From positions 1 to 41,085 of the forward strand of contig RFNJ01000096.1 of the NCBI GenBank assembly GCA_009927255.1: DNA of 41,085 nt, given 5' to 3'. The notes under the pieces are model-generated. The model saw only the letters and a program-made list of their open reading frames with translations. It did no database searches and was not told the origin of the DNA. The DNA is from Pseudomonadota bacterium (GTDB taxonomy: Bacteria > Pseudomonadota > Alphaproteobacteria > UBA2136 > UBA6156). A program made the position numbers and the translations under genes. Shown here piece by piece: positions 17,080-29,715 of this stretch (within the stretch, counting starts at the first letter, position 1; every line of letters begins with the position of its first letter).

Positions 17080-20000
17080 ATGTCAACATCGTCCGCACCA
17101 CTCTCGCTCACCGAACGCAAGCGCATCCGCAAAAACTTTGGCAAGCTCGAAAGCGTCGCCCAAATCCCCAACCTGCTGGAAATGCAGCAAGTGTCGTACG
17201 ACCTCTTCTTGGCCGAAAAGCGCCAATCGAAAGAAACCTTCTATACGCTCGACGGCGCCTTCAACAGCATCTTCCCCATGAAAGACAACGCTGGCATCGC
17301 CGAACTCGAATACGTCGGCTACCGCTTGGAAGACCCCAAGTTCGATATCGATGAATGCCGCACCCGCGACCTCACCTTCGCCGCCCCCTGCCGCGCCACC
17401 CTGCGCCTCACCATTTGGGATGTCGACCACACCACCGGCGCTCGCAGCGTCAAAGATATTAAAGAGCAAGAAGTTTACTTGGCCGACGTCCCCCTGATGA
17501 CCCAAAACGGCACCTTCATCGTCAACGGTACCGAACGCGTGGTGGTCAGCCAAATGCAACGCAGCCCCGGCGTGTTCTTCAGTCACGATGAAGGCACCAC
17601 CCACAGCAGCGGCAAGCTGCTGTTCAGCGGCCGCATCATCCCCGTGCGCGGCAGCTGGCTGGATTTCGAATTCGACCACAAAGACAACATTTATGTGCGG
17701 ATAGACCGCAAGCGCAAACTCCCCGCCACCGTCATTCTGCGCGCTTTGGGCCTCAGCACCCAACAAATCCTCGATACCTACTACGACAAAGTCAGCGTCC
17801 GTGTCACCGCTGGCAAAGCGAAGCCAAAAGCCAAGGTAGAGGAACAACCAGCCGAAGAACCCAAAACCAAAAAAGGCAGCAAAGCCGCCAAGGCCAAAAA
17901 AGTTGAGGCGAAAGCCGAAACCCCAGCGAAGGCTGGGGGCAGCAAAGCCGCCAAACCAAAATCAGTCAAAGCCAAAAAAGCCGTCACCGAAGCCGTTGAA
18001 CTCACTGGCACCTACGCCCTGGCGTTCGAACCGATGTTCTACGAAGGCGTTAAATTGATGGCCGACTTGGTCGATGCCGACAAAGGCAAAGTGATTGCCG
18101 AAGCCGGTAAAAAGCCAACCCGCCGCCAAATCAAGCAAGCGCAAGAATCCGGCGTCAAGTGGGTCGTCCAAACCACCGAAGACCTCAAAGGCCGCTTCTT
18201 GGCCCAAGAGCTGACTGATAAAGAAACCGGCGAAGTCCTGTTCGACGCCGGCAGCGAAATCACCGACCAAGTCCTCGCCGCAGTCGAAAAGTTGGGCCTG
18301 AAGGAATTCAAAATCCTCAAAATCGACCACTTGAACGTCGGCGCCTACATCCGCAACACCCTGCAAATCGATAAAACCAGCACCCCCGAAGAAGCGCTGG
18401 TGGAAGTCTATAAAGTGATGCGCCCCGGCGAACCACCCACGGTAGAAACCAGCACCAAGCTGTTCAATAGCCTGTTCTTCGACGCCGACAAGTTCGACCT
18501 GTCCGCCGTCGGCCGCATGAAAATGAACGCCCGCTTCGGCCTCAAAACCCCCGACGACGTCAAAATCCTCAAAAAGGAAGACCTCATCGAAACCCTCCGC
18601 GCCTTGCACCGCATCAAGGATGGGCTGGAGCCCGTGGACGACATCGACCATTTGGGCAACCGCCGCGTGCGTCTGGTGGGCGAATTGATGGAAAACCAAG
18701 TCCGCATCGGCCTCCTGCGCATGGAACGTTCGGTGAAGGAACGCATGGGCAGCACCGAAATCGGCAACATGATGCCCAACGACCTCATCAACAGCCGTCC
18801 GCTGTCGGCAGCCCTGCGCGAATTCTTCGCTGGTAGCCAGCTGTCCCAATTTATGGACCAAACCAACCCACTGTCCGAAGTCACCCACAAGCGCCGCTTG
18901 TCAGCCCTCGGCCCAGGTGGTCTCACCCGCGAACGTGCTGGGTTTGAAGTCCGCGACGTGCACACCACCCACTATGGCCGCATCTGTCCGGTGGAAACGC
19001 CCGAAGGTCCAAACATCGGTCTTATCAACAGCTTGGCTACCTACGCCCGCATCAATAAGTACGGCTTTATTGAAACCCCGTACCGCAAGGTGGAAAACGG
19101 TAAAGTCACCGATAAAGTGGTGTATATGTCCGCCATCGAAGAAGGCCGCGAAGTGGTCGCCCAAGCGAACACCGAACTCACCGACAAAGGCCAAATCAAA
19201 GATGACTTCGTGGTCAGCCGCAAACAAGGCGAAACCTTGTTAATTCCCAAGGCCGAAGTCACCTACATGGACGTCTCGCCCAAGCAAGTGGTCTCCATCG
19301 CCGCCGCCCTGATTCCCTTCTTGGAACACGACGACGCCAACCGCGCGCTGATGGGCAGTAACATGCAACGCCAAGCCGTGCCCTTGGTGCGGACTGACGC
19401 CCCGCTGGTCGGCACCGGCATGGAAGCAACTGTCGCGAAGGACAGCGGCATCACCACCGTCGCCAAACGCAACGGTGTGGTGGATAGCGTCGACGGCTCG
19501 CGTATCGTGGTGCGCGCCACGTCCGATGTCCAAGCTGGCCAAAGCGGTGTCGATATCTACCGCCTCACCAAGTTCCAACGCTCCAACCAATCCAGCTGCC
19601 TCAACCAAAAGGCACTGGTCCGCGCAGGCGACGTGGTCAAAAAAGGCGATGTCCTCGCCGACGGCCCCAGCACCGATTTGGGCGAACTCGCATTAGGCCG
19701 CAACGTGGTCGTCGCCTTCATGCCCTGGAACGGCTATAACTTCGAAGACAGTATCCTCATCTCCGAGCGCATCGTCCGCGAAGACATCTTCACCTCCATC
19801 CACATCGATGAATTCGAAGTGATGGCGCGCGATACCAAACTCGGCAGCGAAGAAATCACCCGCGACATCCCGAATGTGGGCGAAGAAGGCCTGCGCAATA
19901 TCGATGAAGCAGGCATCATCCGCGTGGGTGCAGAAGTCAACGCAGGCGATATCTTGGTCGGTAAAATCACCCCCAAAGGCGAAAGCCCGATGACGCCAGA

Positions 20001-21522
20001 AGAAAAACTGCTGCGCGCCATCTTCGGTGAAAAAGCCGCCGACGTCCGCGACACCTCCCTGCGCCTCAGCCCCGGGCTGAACGGTACAGTAGTTGGCGTC
20101 AAAATCTTCAACCGTCGCGGTGCTGAAAAAGACACCCGCACGTTGGAAATCGAAGAAGCCGAAATCGCCAAACTCACCAAAGATACCGACGACGAACGCC
20201 GGGTCTTGGAAGGCGACGCTTTCGACCGCCTGAAGAAGCTGCTGGTCGGCAAAAAGGCCGATGCCCCCGCCAAAGGTAAAAAGTCCGCAATTGCTAAGGG
20301 CAAAACCATCACCGTCGACATGCTGGAAGACATGAAGCCTGCCGAATGGTGGACGATCAGCGTGGCCGATGACAAAGCCCAAAAGCAAATCGAAGCCCTG
20401 CGCGCCAACTTGGATAAATCCCTGTCCGCCCTGCGCAAACGCTTCGATGAAAAAACCAGTAAAATCCGCCAAGCCGATGAACTGCCCCCCGGCGTGCTGA
20501 AAATGGTCAAAGTCTTCGTGGCGGTTAAGCGTAAGCTGCAACCCGGCGATAAAATGGCGGGCCGCCACGGTAACAAAGGCGTGATTTCCAAGGTCAACCC
20601 CATCGAAGACATGCCGTTCCTCGAAGATGGCCGTCCCGTCGATATGGTGCTGAACCCCTTGGGCGTGCCAAGCCGCATGAACGTCGGCCAAATCTTGGAA
20701 GCGCACTTCGGGTGGGCTGCCTATAGTGTGGGCCGTAAAATTGCTGCCCTGCTGGCCGAAGCCAACCAAGGCAAGAAGCCAAACACCAAAGAGCTGCGCA
20801 GCTATCTGTCCGAACTCTACGACAGCAAAGAAACCAGCAAATCGCTGAACGACCTCGACGATGCCGAACTGCTGGAAATGGCCCGCAACCTCAGCAAAGG
20901 CCTGCCCGTCGCCTGCCCGGTGTTCGACGGCGCCAGCGAAGAAGCCATCACCAACCTGCTGAAGGAAGGCGGCTGTGATGTCTCTGGTAAAACCCAACTG
21001 TTCGATGGCCGCACCGGCGATGCTTACGAACAAAAAAGCACCGTCGGCGTCATGTACATGCTCAAGCTGCACCACTTGGTGGATGAAAAAATCCACGCCC
21101 GCAGCATCGGGCCCTACAGCCTCGTCACCCAGCAACCGTTGGGCGGTAAGGCGCAGTTCGGTGGTCAGCGCTTCGGGGAAATGGAAGTCTGGGCCCTCCA
21201 AGCCTACGGTGCTTCCTACACCCTGCAAGAAATGCTCACCATCAAGTCGGATGACGTCTCAGGCCGTACCAAAACCTACGAAGCCATCGTGCGCGGCGAA
21301 ACCAACTTCGAAGCCGGCGTGCCCGAAAGCTTCAACGTGCTGGTCAAGGAAATCCAAGCCTTGGGCCTCAACGTGGAGCTTATGGAGACAGGGCAGGGGC
21401 CAGACCTCCGCACCGATATCGGCCGCCAACCCACCACGCCAAGCCTGCTCGGCGCCACCGGCAACACGCCTCCCAAGCGTAGCCGCCCGGGCCTGCACAA
21501 GCTGAACGACTACAACGCCTAA
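17080..21522 (+). CDS. rpoB: RNA polymerase beta subunit (Lys/Ala-rich insertion, C-terminal tail)
   Basis: [54 protein letters not shown]. Confidence 0.99.
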   Translation: MSTSSAPLSLTERKRIRKNFGKLESVAQIPNLLEMQQVSYDLFLAEKRQSKETFYTLDGAFNSIFPMKDNAGIAELEYVGYRLEDPKFDIDECRTRDLTFAAPCRATLRLTIWDVDHTTGARSVKDIKEQEVYLADVPLMTQNGTFIVNGTERVVVSQMQRSPGVFFSHDEGTTHSSGKLLFSGRIIPVRGSWLDFEFDHKDNIYVRIDRKRKLPATVILRALGLSTQQILDTYYDKVSVRVTAGKAKPKAKVEEQPAEEPKTKKGSKAAKAKKVEAKAETPAKAGGSKAAKPKSVKAKKAVTEAVELTGTYALAFEPMFYEGVKLMADLVDADKGKVIAEAGKKPTRRQIKQAQESGVKWVVQTTEDLKGRFLAQELTDKETGEVLFDAGSEITDQVLAAVEKLGLKEFKILKIDHLNVGAYIRNTLQIDKTSTPEEALVEVYKVMRPGEPPTVETSTKLFNSLFFDADKFDLSAVGRMKMNARFGLKTPDDVKILKKEDLIETLRALHRIKDGLEPVDDIDHLGNRRVRLVGELMENQVRIGLLRMERSVKERMGSTEIGNMMPNDLINSRPLSAALREFFAGSQLSQFMDQTNPLSEVTHKRRLSALGPGGLTRERAGFEVRDVHTTHYGRICPVETPEGPNIGLINSLATYARINKYGFIETPYRKVENGKVTDKVVYMSAIEEGREVVAQANTELTDKGQIKDDFVVSRKQGETLLIPKAEVTYMDVSPKQVVSIAAALIPFLEHDDANRALMGSNMQRQAVPLVRTDAPLVGTGMEATVAKDSGITTVAKRNGVVDSVDGSRIVVRATSDVQAGQSGVDIYRLTKFQRSNQSSCLNQKALVRAGDVVKKGDVLADGPSTDLGELALGRNVVVAFMPWNGYNFEDSILISERIVREDIFTSIHIDEFEVMARDTKLGSEEITRDIPNVGEEGLRNIDEAGIIRVGAEVNAGDILVGKITPKGESPMTPEEKLLRAIFGEKAADVRDTSLRLSPGLNGTVVGVKIFNRRGAEKDTRTLEIEEAEIAKLTKDTDDERRVLEGDAFDRLKKLLVGKKADAPAKGKKSAIAKGKTITVDMLEDMKPAEWWTISVADDKAQKQIEALRANLDKSLSALRKRFDEKTSKIRQADELPPGVLKMVKVFVAVKRKLQPGDKMAGRHGNKGVISKVNPIEDMPFLEDGRPVDMVLNPLGVPSRMNVGQILEAHFGWAAYSVGRKIAALLAEANQGKKPNTKELRSYLSELYDSKETSKSLNDLDDAELLEMARNLSKGLPVACPVFDGASEEAITNLLKEGGCDVSGKTQLFDGRTGDAYEQKSTVGVMYMLKLHHLVDEKIHARSIGPYSLVTQQPLGGKAQFGGQRFGEMEVWALQAYGASYTLQEMLTIKSDDVSGRTKTYEAIVRGETNFEAGVPESFNVLVKEIQALGLNVELMETGQGPDLRTDIGRQPTTPSLLGATGNTPPKRSRPGLHKLNDYNA

Positions 21523-21540
21523 ACGGAAGGGATAGAAACC

Positions 21541-24500
21541 ATGCGCCCCGCGAATAATATCATGAACATGTTCCAGCAACCGGTGGTCAAGCAGTTCGAT
21601 GCCCTGCGCATCGCGCTCTCCAGCCCCGAGCAAATCCGCGCCCAATCCTTCGGCGAAGTCAAAAAGCCCGAAACGATTAACTACCGCACCTTCAAGCCCG
21701 AGCACGGCGGCCTGTTCTGCGCCCGCATCTTTGGGCCAGTGAAGGACTACGAATGCTTGTGTGGCAAGTATAAGCGCATGAAGCACCGCGGTATCGTCTG
21801 CGAAAAATGCGGTGTGGAAGTGATTGAAAGCAAAGTCCGCCGCGAACGCATGGGCCACATCGAACTGGCCGCACCGGTGGCGCATATTTGGTTCCTCAAG
21901 CTGCTCCCCAGCCGCATGGCCGCCTTGCTTGAAATGACGCTGAAGGACTTGGAAGCGATTCTCTACTTCGAAAAATGGGTCGTCACCGAACCGGGCATGA
22001 CAACCCTGTCCAAAGGCCAGCTGATTAACGAAGAAGAGTTTTACCAAGCCGCCGAACAATTCGGCGAAGACAGCTTCACCGCACAAATCGGTGCCGAAGC
22101 CCTGCGCGCCATGCTGCAAGGGATGAACCTGCCGGAACTACAGGCCGAACTCTCCGCCCAACTGACTGAAGACGTGTCAGACATGAAGCGCAAAAAAATC
22201 GTCAAGCGCCTCAAAATGATTAACGCTTTCCTCGAAAGCGGCAACAAGCCCGAATGGATGGTGATGGACACCATCCCGGTATTGCCACCCGAACTGCGCC
22301 CCTTGGTGCCACTCGACGGCGGCCGCTTTGCGACCAGCGACCTCAACGACCTCTACCGCCGCGTCGTCAACCGTAACAACCGCCTCAAGCGCTTGATAGA
22401 GCTGCGCGCGCCCGAAATCATCGTCCGCAACGAAAAGCGGATGCTGCAAGAGTCAGTCGATGCCCTGTTCGACAACGGCCGCCGTGGCCGCGTCATCACC
22501 GGCGCCAACAAGCGCCCGCTCAAGTCCTTGGCCGATATGCTCAAAGGCAAATCTGGCCGCTTCCGCCAAAACTTGCTCGGTAAACGCGTCGACTACTCTG
22601 GCCGTTCGGTTATTACCGTGGGACCAGACCTCCTGCTCCACCAGTGCGGCCTGCCCAAAACCATGGCGCTGGAACTCTTCAAACCGTTCATCTACCACAA
22701 GCTGGAAATGCGCGGCGAAGCCACCACCATCAAAGCCGCCAAAAAAATGGTGGAACGCAAAGAAGATGTGGTGTGGGACGTTCTGGAAGAAGTCATCCGC
22801 GAACACCCCGTGCTCCTCAACCGCGCCCCAACTCTGCACCGTCTCGGTATCCAAGCGTTCGAACCGAAGCTGATCGAAGGCAAAGCCATCCAACTGCACC
22901 CGCTGGTCACCACGGCTTTCAACGCGGACTTCGACGGCGACCAAATGGCCGTCCACGTGCCGCTCAGTCTGGAAGCCCAAATCGAAGCCCGCGTGCTGAT
23001 GATGTCCACCAACAACATCCTCAAACCCGCCGACGGCAAACCGGTGATTGTGCCAAGCCAAGACATGATTCTCGGCCTGTACTGGATTTCACTGGCCCGC
23101 TTCAATGAACCGGGTGAGAACGGCGCCTACGCCGACCTCGGCGAAATCGAGCACGCCCTGATGTCCAAAGCCGTCAGCCTGCACACCCGCATCAAGTACC
23201 GCTTCAAGGGCAAAACCTACGAAACCTCGGTCGGCCGCGCCTACTTGGCCAGCATCCTGCCCATGGGTCAAAATGGCCAATCGCTGCCCTTCAGCCTGAT
23301 CAATAAAGTGATGACCAAAAAGGAAGTCGGTAAGCTCATCCACGAGGTCTACCTGGCCTGCGGTCAAAAGGAAACCTGCATCTTCGCCGATAAGCTGATG
23401 CAACTCGGCTTCCGCTTCGCCGCCAAAGTCGGTATTAGCTTTGGTAAGAATGACATGGTCGTCCCTGCCGACAAAGCCAAAATGGTCAAACACGCTGAAG
23501 ACGAAGTCCACAAGTTCGAACGTCAGTACCAAGACGGCCTCATCACCGCCGGCGAAAAATTCAACAAAGTTATCGATATCTGGCAGCGCACGTCGGATGC
23601 CATTAAGGATAACATGATGAAAGCCATCGGCGACCAACCGCTGAGCGTCGGCAAGGGTAAAGACGCCAAGCAAGTCACCCAGCCCAGCGTCAACCCCATC
23701 TACATGATGGCAACCTCCGGCGCCCGTGGTTCAGTGGCCCAGATGCGTCAGTTGGCCGGGATGCGCGGCCTCATGGCCAAACCAAATGGCGAGTTTATCG
23801 AAACGCCCATCACCGCCAACTTCCGCGAAGGCCTCACCGTGCTGCAATACTTCATCAGTACCCACGGTGCCCGTAAAGGTCTGTCGGATACCGCGCTTAA
23901 AACCGCCAACGCCGGTTACCTCACCCGCCGTCTGGTGGATGCCGCACAAGACTGCGTCATCACCAGCCAAGACTGCGGCACCGAGCGCTTCATCTGGGCG
24001 GCGGATATCACCCAAGCCGGCAACGTCATGGAAACCATGGCCGAGCGTATCTTGGGTCGCACCGTGGCGCACGACGTGCTGCACCCCAGCACCGGCGCGC
24101 TGCTCATCAGCCGTAACAATATCGTCGATGAAGCCAAGGCGACCGAAATCGAAAACGCCGGTATCGAACGGGTCGCCATCCGCAGCCCGCTCACTTGCGA
24201 CAATACCGACGGCATCTGCGCCCATTGCTACGGCCGCGATATGGCCCGCAGCACGCCCGTCACTCTGGGCGAAGCGGTGGGTGTGATTGCCGCCCAGTCC
24301 ATCGGCGAACCCGGCACCCAGCTCACCATGCGGACTTTCCACATCGGTGGTGCCGCCTCGGCGTCAACTGCCCAAAGCAAGGTGGAAGCCAGCAAGGATG
24401 GCGTCGTGCAACTGCCCGAAGTCCTCAACACCATCACCAACAGCAACGGCGAAGCCATCGTGATGTCGCGGAATGCCGAACTGACGGTGAACGACGAAAC

Positions 24501-25698
24501 CGGCCGCACCCGTGAAAGCTTCAAGCTGCCTTACGGTGCCCGCCTGCTGGTCAAAAACGGCGCCAAGGTCAAGTCCGCGCAAACACTGGCCGATTGGGAT
24601 CCCTATACCATCCCCATCATCGTCGAAGCCGCCGGAACCGTGCAATTCCTCGACCTTCAAGAGGGTGTCACCATGCGCGAACAAACCGATGAAACCAGCG
24701 GTATCAGCAGCCGCGTGGTGCTCAACTGGAAAGAAACCGCCCGCGCAGTGGATATGAAACCCAGCATCGTCCTGATGTCGGGTAAGGGCAAAAAGTCGGA
24801 AGTGGTGAATCTGCCCAACGGCTCCAAGGCGGTCTACGCCCTGCCGGTCGGCGCCATCCTCACGGTGGAAGACGGTCAAGACATCCAAGCGGGTGACATC
24901 ATCGCCCGGATGCCCAAGGAAGCCCTGAAGTCGAAGGACATCACCGGTGGTCTGCCCCGCGTTGCGGAACTGTTCGAAGCCCGCAAACCGAAAGACAGCG
25001 CCATCCTCAACGAAGTCCCCGGCACCGTCAGTTTTGGGAAGGACTTGAAGGGCAAGCGCCGCATCTTGGTCACCACCAAGGCTGAAGACGGCACCGAAGA
25101 CCAACGCGAATATCTGGTGCCAAAAGGCATCCACCTGAACGTCCGCGACGGCGATTACATCGAAGCTGGCGAAATGCTGGTGGAAGGCGCCATCGACCCT
25201 CGCGACATCCTCAAGGCGCAAGGTATCGAAGCACTGGCCGACTACATGATCACCCAAATCCAGGAAGTCTACCGCCTGCAAGGTGTGGCAATTAACGATA
25301 AACACATCGAAGTGATTATCCGCCAAATGCTGCAAAAGGTGATGATCACCAAGCCGGGCGAAAGCACCTTCGTGAATGGCGAAATGGCCGACCTGTTCGA
25401 AGTGCGCGAAGAAAACGCCAAGCTGATCCAAGCTGGCAAAGTCCCTGCGGACTACGAACTGCACCTGCAAGGTATCACCAAGGCGTCACTCACCACCCGC
25501 AGCTTCATCAGCGCCGCGTCGTTCCAAGAAACCACGCGCGTGCTCACCGAAGCCGCAACCCTGGGCAAGCAAGACAACCTCAATGGCCTCAAAGAAAACG
25601 TCATTGTCGGTCGCCTCATCCCGGCAGGTACAGGCCGAATGCTCCGCCACATGCGCGCCGGCCAACTGGCCAAGGACGTTACTCCAACCATCGAGTAA
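21541..25698 (+). CDS. rpoC: RNA polymerase beta' subunit
   Basis: Zn-finger [38 protein letters not shown]. Confidence 0.99.
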   Translation: MRPANNIMNMFQQPVVKQFDALRIALSSPEQIRAQSFGEVKKPETINYRTFKPEHGGLFCARIFGPVKDYECLCGKYKRMKHRGIVCEKCGVEVIESKVRRERMGHIELAAPVAHIWFLKLLPSRMAALLEMTLKDLEAILYFEKWVVTEPGMTTLSKGQLINEEEFYQAAEQFGEDSFTAQIGAEALRAMLQGMNLPELQAELSAQLTEDVSDMKRKKIVKRLKMINAFLESGNKPEWMVMDTIPVLPPELRPLVPLDGGRFATSDLNDLYRRVVNRNNRLKRLIELRAPEIIVRNEKRMLQESVDALFDNGRRGRVITGANKRPLKSLADMLKGKSGRFRQNLLGKRVDYSGRSVITVGPDLLLHQCGLPKTMALELFKPFIYHKLEMRGEATTIKAAKKMVERKEDVVWDVLEEVIREHPVLLNRAPTLHRLGIQAFEPKLIEGKAIQLHPLVTTAFNADFDGDQMAVHVPLSLEAQIEARVLMMSTNNILKPADGKPVIVPSQDMILGLYWISLARFNEPGENGAYADLGEIEHALMSKAVSLHTRIKYRFKGKTYETSVGRAYLASILPMGQNGQSLPFSLINKVMTKKEVGKLIHEVYLACGQKETCIFADKLMQLGFRFAAKVGISFGKNDMVVPADKAKMVKHAEDEVHKFERQYQDGLITAGEKFNKVIDIWQRTSDAIKDNMMKAIGDQPLSVGKGKDAKQVTQPSVNPIYMMATSGARGSVAQMRQLAGMRGLMAKPNGEFIETPITANFREGLTVLQYFISTHGARKGLSDTALKTANAGYLTRRLVDAAQDCVITSQDCGTERFIWAADITQAGNVMETMAERILGRTVAHDVLHPSTGALLISRNNIVDEAKATEIENAGIERVAIRSPLTCDNTDGICAHCYGRDMARSTPVTLGEAVGVIAAQSIGEPGTQLTMRTFHIGGAASASTAQSKVEASKDGVVQLPEVLNTITNSNGEAIVMSRNAELTVNDETGRTRESFKLPYGARLLVKNGAKVKSAQTLADWDPYTIPIIVEAAGTVQFLDLQEGVTMREQTDETSGISSRVVLNWKETARAVDMKPSIVLMSGKGKKSEVVNLPNGSKAVYALPVGAILTVEDGQDIQAGDIIARMPKEALKSKDITGGLPRVAELFEARKPKDSAILNEVPGTVSFGKDLKGKRRILVTTKAEDGTEDQREYLVPKGIHLNVRDGDYIEAGEMLVEGAIDPRDILKAQGIEALADYMITQIQEVYRLQGVAINDKHIEVIIRQMLQKVMITKPGESTFVNGEMADLFEVREENAKLIQAGKVPADYELHLQGITKASLTTRSFISAASFQETTRVLTEAATLGKQDNLNGLKENVIVGRLIPAGTGRMLRHMRAGQLAKDVTPTIE

Positions 25699-25714
25699 CA
25701 CCCCAAACCAGCCC

Positions 25715-25746
25715 AAAGAAACGGCCCCACAAGGGCCGTTTCTTTT
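25715..25746. terminator. Bidirectional terminator between rpoC and lpxC
   Basis: AAAGAAACGGCCC-cacaa-GGGCCGTTTCTTT. Confidence 0.85.
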
Positions 25747-25776
25747 ATTAAAAAAACTATTGCTCTCAGGGTGAGT

Positions 25777-26640
25777 TTACTCAAGTAACCTACGTAGCAA
25801 CATATTGTTGGCGGTGTGGCCGGGAGCGTTGAGGGTGAGTTTGCCGCGGAGGCATTGGCCGGCGGTGAACATATCGCCCACCGCATCCAGCACCTTGTGG
25901 CGCACGGGTTCGTTGGGGAAGCGCAGGCCTTCAGGATTTTGCACTTGGCCATCTTCGCCAAACACCACGGCGTTGTGGAGGCCGCCGCCTTTGATGAGGC
26001 CGGCGGCTTGGGCGGCGGCGATGTCTTTTTCCAACACAAAGGTGCGGGCAGGGGCGATTTGGCTGCGGTAGGTGACTTCGTCGATTACCCCGCGCCAGGT
26101 TTGCCGCCCCACGGCGGGGTGGGGGTACTCGACGTGGCATTCAATCCGCAGAGCAGCGCGGGCGTCCGGCTCGGCCAGCATCACGCGGCCCGCGTCTTCA
26201 TGGCGCACGGTGCGTTCAATTTTGAGCCATTGGCGTGGGGCGGAGAGTTCTTCTCTCTCTGCTTTATCAATAAGTTCGACCCATGGCAGGGCGCTGCCGT
26301 CGAGGATGGGGACTTCGGGGCCGTCGATTTCTACCAACAGGTTATCTACCCGCAAGCCGTGCAGGGCACTGAGCAGGTGTTCGACGGTGCCGATGGTGGT
26401 GCCGTGTGAATTTTCCAGCACCGTGGCGAGTGGGCCGTGCTTGACCAGCTGGGCGCCGGTGATGCCGCTGAGGATGAAATCCCCCTGCCCTGCCTGAAAG
26501 CCCTTGCGCCTTAAGACAATACCATGATTTTTGGGGGCAGGGTGGAGGGTGACTTCGGCCATGATTCCGGCGTGGAGGCCGATGCCGCTGACCGACATTT
26601 TTTTACGCAGGCTAACTTGCCGAATTGCTTTCAATTTCAA
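25777..26640 (-). CDS. lpxC: UDP-3-O-acyl-GlcNAc deacetylase LpxC
   Basis: GIGLHAG, TVEHLLSAL, EVPILDGSA, IAPARTF, HKVLDAVGD, GHTAN. Confidence 0.97.
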   Translation of the reverse strand: MKLKAIRQVSLRKKMSVSGIGLHAGIMAEVTLHPAPKNHGIVLRRKGFQAGQGDFILSGITGAQLVKHGPLATVLENSHGTTIGTVEHLLSALHGLRVDNLLVEIDGPEVPILDGSALPWVELIDKAEREELSAPRQWLKIERTVRHEDAGRVMLAEPDARAALRIECHVEYPHPAVGRQTWRGVIDEVTYRSQIAPARTFVLEKDIAAAQAAGLIKGGGLHNAVVFGEDGQVQNPEGLRFPNEPVRHKVLDAVGDMFTAGQCLRGKLTLNAPGHTANNMLLRRLLE

Positions 26641-26687
26641 TATCTTTCACTGACTTAGGTATCATTGCACAGGGGGAGAGGGAAGTC

Positions 26688-26713
26688 AAAAAAAGAGGGA
26701 CTCTGCCCCTCCT
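26688..26713 (-). terminator. Terminator-like hairpin after ftsZ, overlapping a possible lpxC promoter
   Basis: Minus strand GAGGG...CCCTC followed by a T run; TTGACT-N17-AATGAT follows. Confidence 0.55.
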
Positions 26714-26727
26714 TGTTAATTATATAG

Positions 26728-27897
26728 TTAGTTAGCCTGACGGCGTAGGAAGGCGGGGATTTCGAGGTTGGCGTATTCGTCGGCCTCTTCTTCGCGTTCG
26801 CGCTGCTTGGTGGCGAGGGCTTGGGCGAAATCGCGGACTTCAGCCTTGGGGGCTTCTTCGCGGGGGGTTTGGGCTTCGTGCTTGGTGGTTTTCAGTGCGC
26901 TTAAATCCACCATGTTGGCTTTTTTGCTGCGGACTTCGCCGAGGCCGGTGGCCACCACGGATACGCGAATACGGCCGGTGACGCTGGCATCGTAAGCGGT
27001 ACCGAAGATAATGTTGGCTTCGGGGTCAACCTCTTCGCGGATGCGGTTGGCGGCTTCATCAACTTCGTAGAGAGTTAGGTCATCGCCGCCGGTGATGTTG
27101 ATGAGCACGCCTTTGGCGCCTTGCATAGAGATACCATCCAGCAGTGGGCTACTGATGGCCATTTCGGCGGCGAGAATGGCGCGACGTTCGCCTTCGCTTT
27201 CGCCGGTGCCCATCATGGCTTGGCCCATTTCGCTCATCACGGTTTTGACGTCGTTGAAGTCCAGGTTAATAATCCCCGGCACCAGCATGAGGTCTGTCAC
27301 GCCGCGGACACCTTTGTAGAGGACGTCGTCGGCCATTTTGAAGGCGTCTTGCAGGGTGGTGCGCTCGGTAGCGACGCGGAAGAGGTTTTGGTTGGGAATA
27401 ACAATGACGGTATCGGCGACGTCTTGCATTTCGGCAATGCCGGCTTCGGCTTGCTTCATGCGGCGGGTGCCTTCGAAGCTAAAGGGTTTGGTGACGACAG
27501 CGACGGTGAGAATGCCCATTTCACGGGCCGCACGGGCGACCACGGGAGCTGCACCGGTGCCGGTACCGCCACCCATGCCGCAGGTGACAAACACCATGTG
27601 GCTGCCGCGGATGGCTTCGCAGATTTCTTCGTAGCTTTCTTCGGCTGCCGCTGTGCCAATACTGGGGTTGGCGCCAGCGCCCAAGCCTTCGGTAAGTTGT
27701 TTGCCCAGTTGAATTTTTACTTCGGCGGGATGGCGCTCGAGCACTTGCAAATCGGTATTAGCCACCGCAAAAGTTGCGCCGCCGAGCTTGGCGCGGATCA
27801 TGTTTTCTACTGCGTTTCCGCCGCCGCCGCCAACACCCACCACCATGATGCGTGGTTGATGAACGGTTTCCTTTACAACGGCTATATTTAGCGCCAT
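26728..27897 (-). CDS. ftsZ: Cell division protein FtsZ
   Basis: [28 protein letters not shown]-terminal [12 protein letters not shown]; alternative start at 27930. Confidence 0.98.
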   Translation of the reverse strand: MALNIAVVKETVHQPRIMVVGVGGGGGNAVENMIRAKLGGATFAVANTDLQVLERHPAEVKIQLGKQLTEGLGAGANPSIGTAAAEESYEEICEAIRGSHMVFVTCGMGGGTGTGAAPVVARAAREMGILTVAVVTKPFSFEGTRRMKQAEAGIAEMQDVADTVIVIPNQNLFRVATERTTLQDAFKMADDVLYKGVRGVTDLMLVPGIINLDFNDVKTVMSEMGQAMMGTGESEGERRAILAAEMAISSPLLDGISMQGAKGVLINITGGDDLTLYEVDEAANRIREEVDPEANIIFGTAYDASVTGRIRVSVVATGLGEVRSKKANMVDLSALKTTKHEAQTPREEAPKAEVRDFAQALATKQREREEEADEYANLEIPAFLRRQAN

Positions 27898-28130
27898 TTT
27901 ACGTACTTTCTTGTTGGGCCAATCTTTCATTCATCCTACGCTTGGCTGTGCCCGCCCGCCAACCCCTGCGCTGCATTTTTCCGCAGTTAATCCACCTTTC
28001 TTAATCCCCCCGATGCTTTAGGGCCACACCGTTAAAGTTGGGTGTGAATTGGTGATGAACGTGGGTGGTTTTTGGTAATGGTTATATGCTTGCTCTTGCC
28101 ATGATGGGTGGGTCTGTTATGGTGTTTTCT

Positions 28131-29708
28131 ATGCAAAAAATCACTTTTCTAGCGATTGTCACACTGCTAACCGCTTGCGCCCAAAACCCCGCCACCGGCG
28201 GCAGCATGTTCACGCTGGTAAGCCAACAGCAAGAACTGGCGATTGGTCAGGCATCTGCTAACTATGACCTTAAGACTTTTGGGATGTATCGGCCGCAAAG
28301 CCCGATTACCCGCTATGTTACCAACCTGTGCGATAGGCTATGGAATGTGAGTGAGATGGCGGGGCGGCCTAACCAGTGCATTTTGCTGGATAATCCTGAA
28401 TTTAACGCCACCGCCACACCGGGATATATTACGGTTTACCGCGGCCTACTGCCCTACGTGAGCAGTGAAGCCGAACTGGCCGCCGTGCTGGGCCACGAGG
28501 CTGGCCACAACAATGCCCGCCACATTGCCCAGCGCCAAACCGCGCATACGTTGCTGAATACTGCTATTTTGGTGGGCGTGATTGCCGCGGGGCAGCAAGG
28601 TGCATCGCAGCAAGCGGTGGATGGCGGCGTGCAGGCTGCGCAACAGATTGGGAGAGCCGGGCTGATGACCTACAGCCGCGCCAACGAACTGGAGGCCGAC
28701 GCCCTTGGCCAGCGCTACATGGAGCGCGCCGGCTATGATAAACGCGAGAGTGTGAACATGGTGCGCGGCATGCTGGCCAAAACCGCCTACATGCGCCAGC
28801 TAGCCACGGCGCTGAATGGCGGCGAAGACCCGGGCGACCAGCGCAGTATTTTCTCAAGCCACCCTGCCACGCCCGATCGCATCGCCCAAGCCGCCAAGCT
28901 GGCGGGCGAACCCGATGGCAGCGTGCGCCTGCCCGCTGGCATTACCCCCGCCACCACCCAAAACGACCCCCAAGGCCGCAAGCGATACCTTGAAATGCTG
29001 GATGGCACCACCTTCGGCCCCGCCCGCAAGTTTGGTATAGCGGGTAAGGATTATCTGGCGCTCCCACGCTTCCGCCAACTGCTGGCGTTGCCGCAGGGCT
29101 TTACCCTCACGCACGGCGGCGGCGAAGGCCCCGACCCCAACCGTGGCTGGGAGAAAGCTGAAGAAAATCCCGGCTATTGGCAAGGCGCCCACCCGCAAAG
29201 TGGTACTACGTTTGAGCTCGAACTTTTCCAAGCCCGCCAAGGCATCAACCCCGGTGCTCTGATGGAGCAACTCTTCCGCCCGTTTGAAGACGGTGGCCTG
29301 CAAAAACTGCAACTGGGCGATACCGTGGCCTACACGGGTGCGTTGGCCGAAAAATGGGGCGGCAACAAGCGCATCCGTGCGATTGGTTTTAGCCTGCCGC
29401 ACCAAAACGCCATTGGGATTATCACCATCACCTTTACCAATGCCCAACAGCAGGCGGCGTATGAAGGCGGGTTCCTGAAAGCCATGCAAAACAGCCAAAC
29501 GCTCACTGAGGGCCAAGCTGATAAATACCAGCCATTGGTCATCAAAACCTTCACTGCTGCCACTGGCGATAGCATTGTGCGCCACGCACAAAAAGTACCC
29601 ACTGGCGCCCTGCAAGACGAACTCTTCCGTGCACTGAACAACCTGCAGCCCAACCAAACGCTGCAAGTGGGGCAGGTGTATAAAACCATTGCTGACCCGA
29701 ACCGCTAG
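28131..29708 (+). CDS. M48 family zinc metalloprotease lipoprotein with C-terminal LysM-like domain
   Basis: Lipobox LLTAC, AQNPATG, HEAGH, YSRANELEAD, SSHP, C-terminal GDSI..LFRALNNL..LQVGQ. Confidence 0.9.
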   Translation: MQKITFLAIVTLLTACAQNPATGGSMFTLVSQQQELAIGQASANYDLKTFGMYRPQSPITRYVTNLCDRLWNVSEMAGRPNQCILLDNPEFNATATPGYITVYRGLLPYVSSEAELAAVLGHEAGHNNARHIAQRQTAHTLLNTAILVGVIAAGQQGASQQAVDGGVQAAQQIGRAGLMTYSRANELEADALGQRYMERAGYDKRESVNMVRGMLAKTAYMRQLATALNGGEDPGDQRSIFSSHPATPDRIAQAAKLAGEPDGSVRLPAGITPATTQNDPQGRKRYLEMLDGTTFGPARKFGIAGKDYLALPRFRQLLALPQGFTLTHGGGEGPDPNRGWEKAEENPGYWQGAHPQSGTTFELELFQARQGINPGALMEQLFRPFEDGGLQKLQLGDTVAYTGALAEKWGGNKRIRAIGFSLPHQNAIGIITITFTNAQQQAAYEGGFLKAMQNSQTLTEGQADKYQPLVIKTFTAATGDSIVRHAQKVPTGALQDELFRALNNLQPNQTLQVGQVYKTIADPNR

Positions 29709-29715
29709 CAGCCCC

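Noticed and set aside
18820-18920. Rifampicin-resistance substitutions in RpoB cluster I
   Set aside because: Residues equivalent to Q513, D516, H526 and S531 are wild type ([20 protein letters not shown])
17083-25470. Long antisense ORFs opposite rpoB/rpoC (e.g. 19693-21228, 511 aa; 24364-25470, 368 aa)
   Set aside because: Shadow frames of strongly codon-biased genes; no motifs or SD, and they fully overlap essential genes
27986-28035. CtrA box upstream of ftsZ
   Set aside because: The TTAA half-sites are spaced by 10 nt rather than the TTAA-N7-TTAA consensus; only half-sites are present
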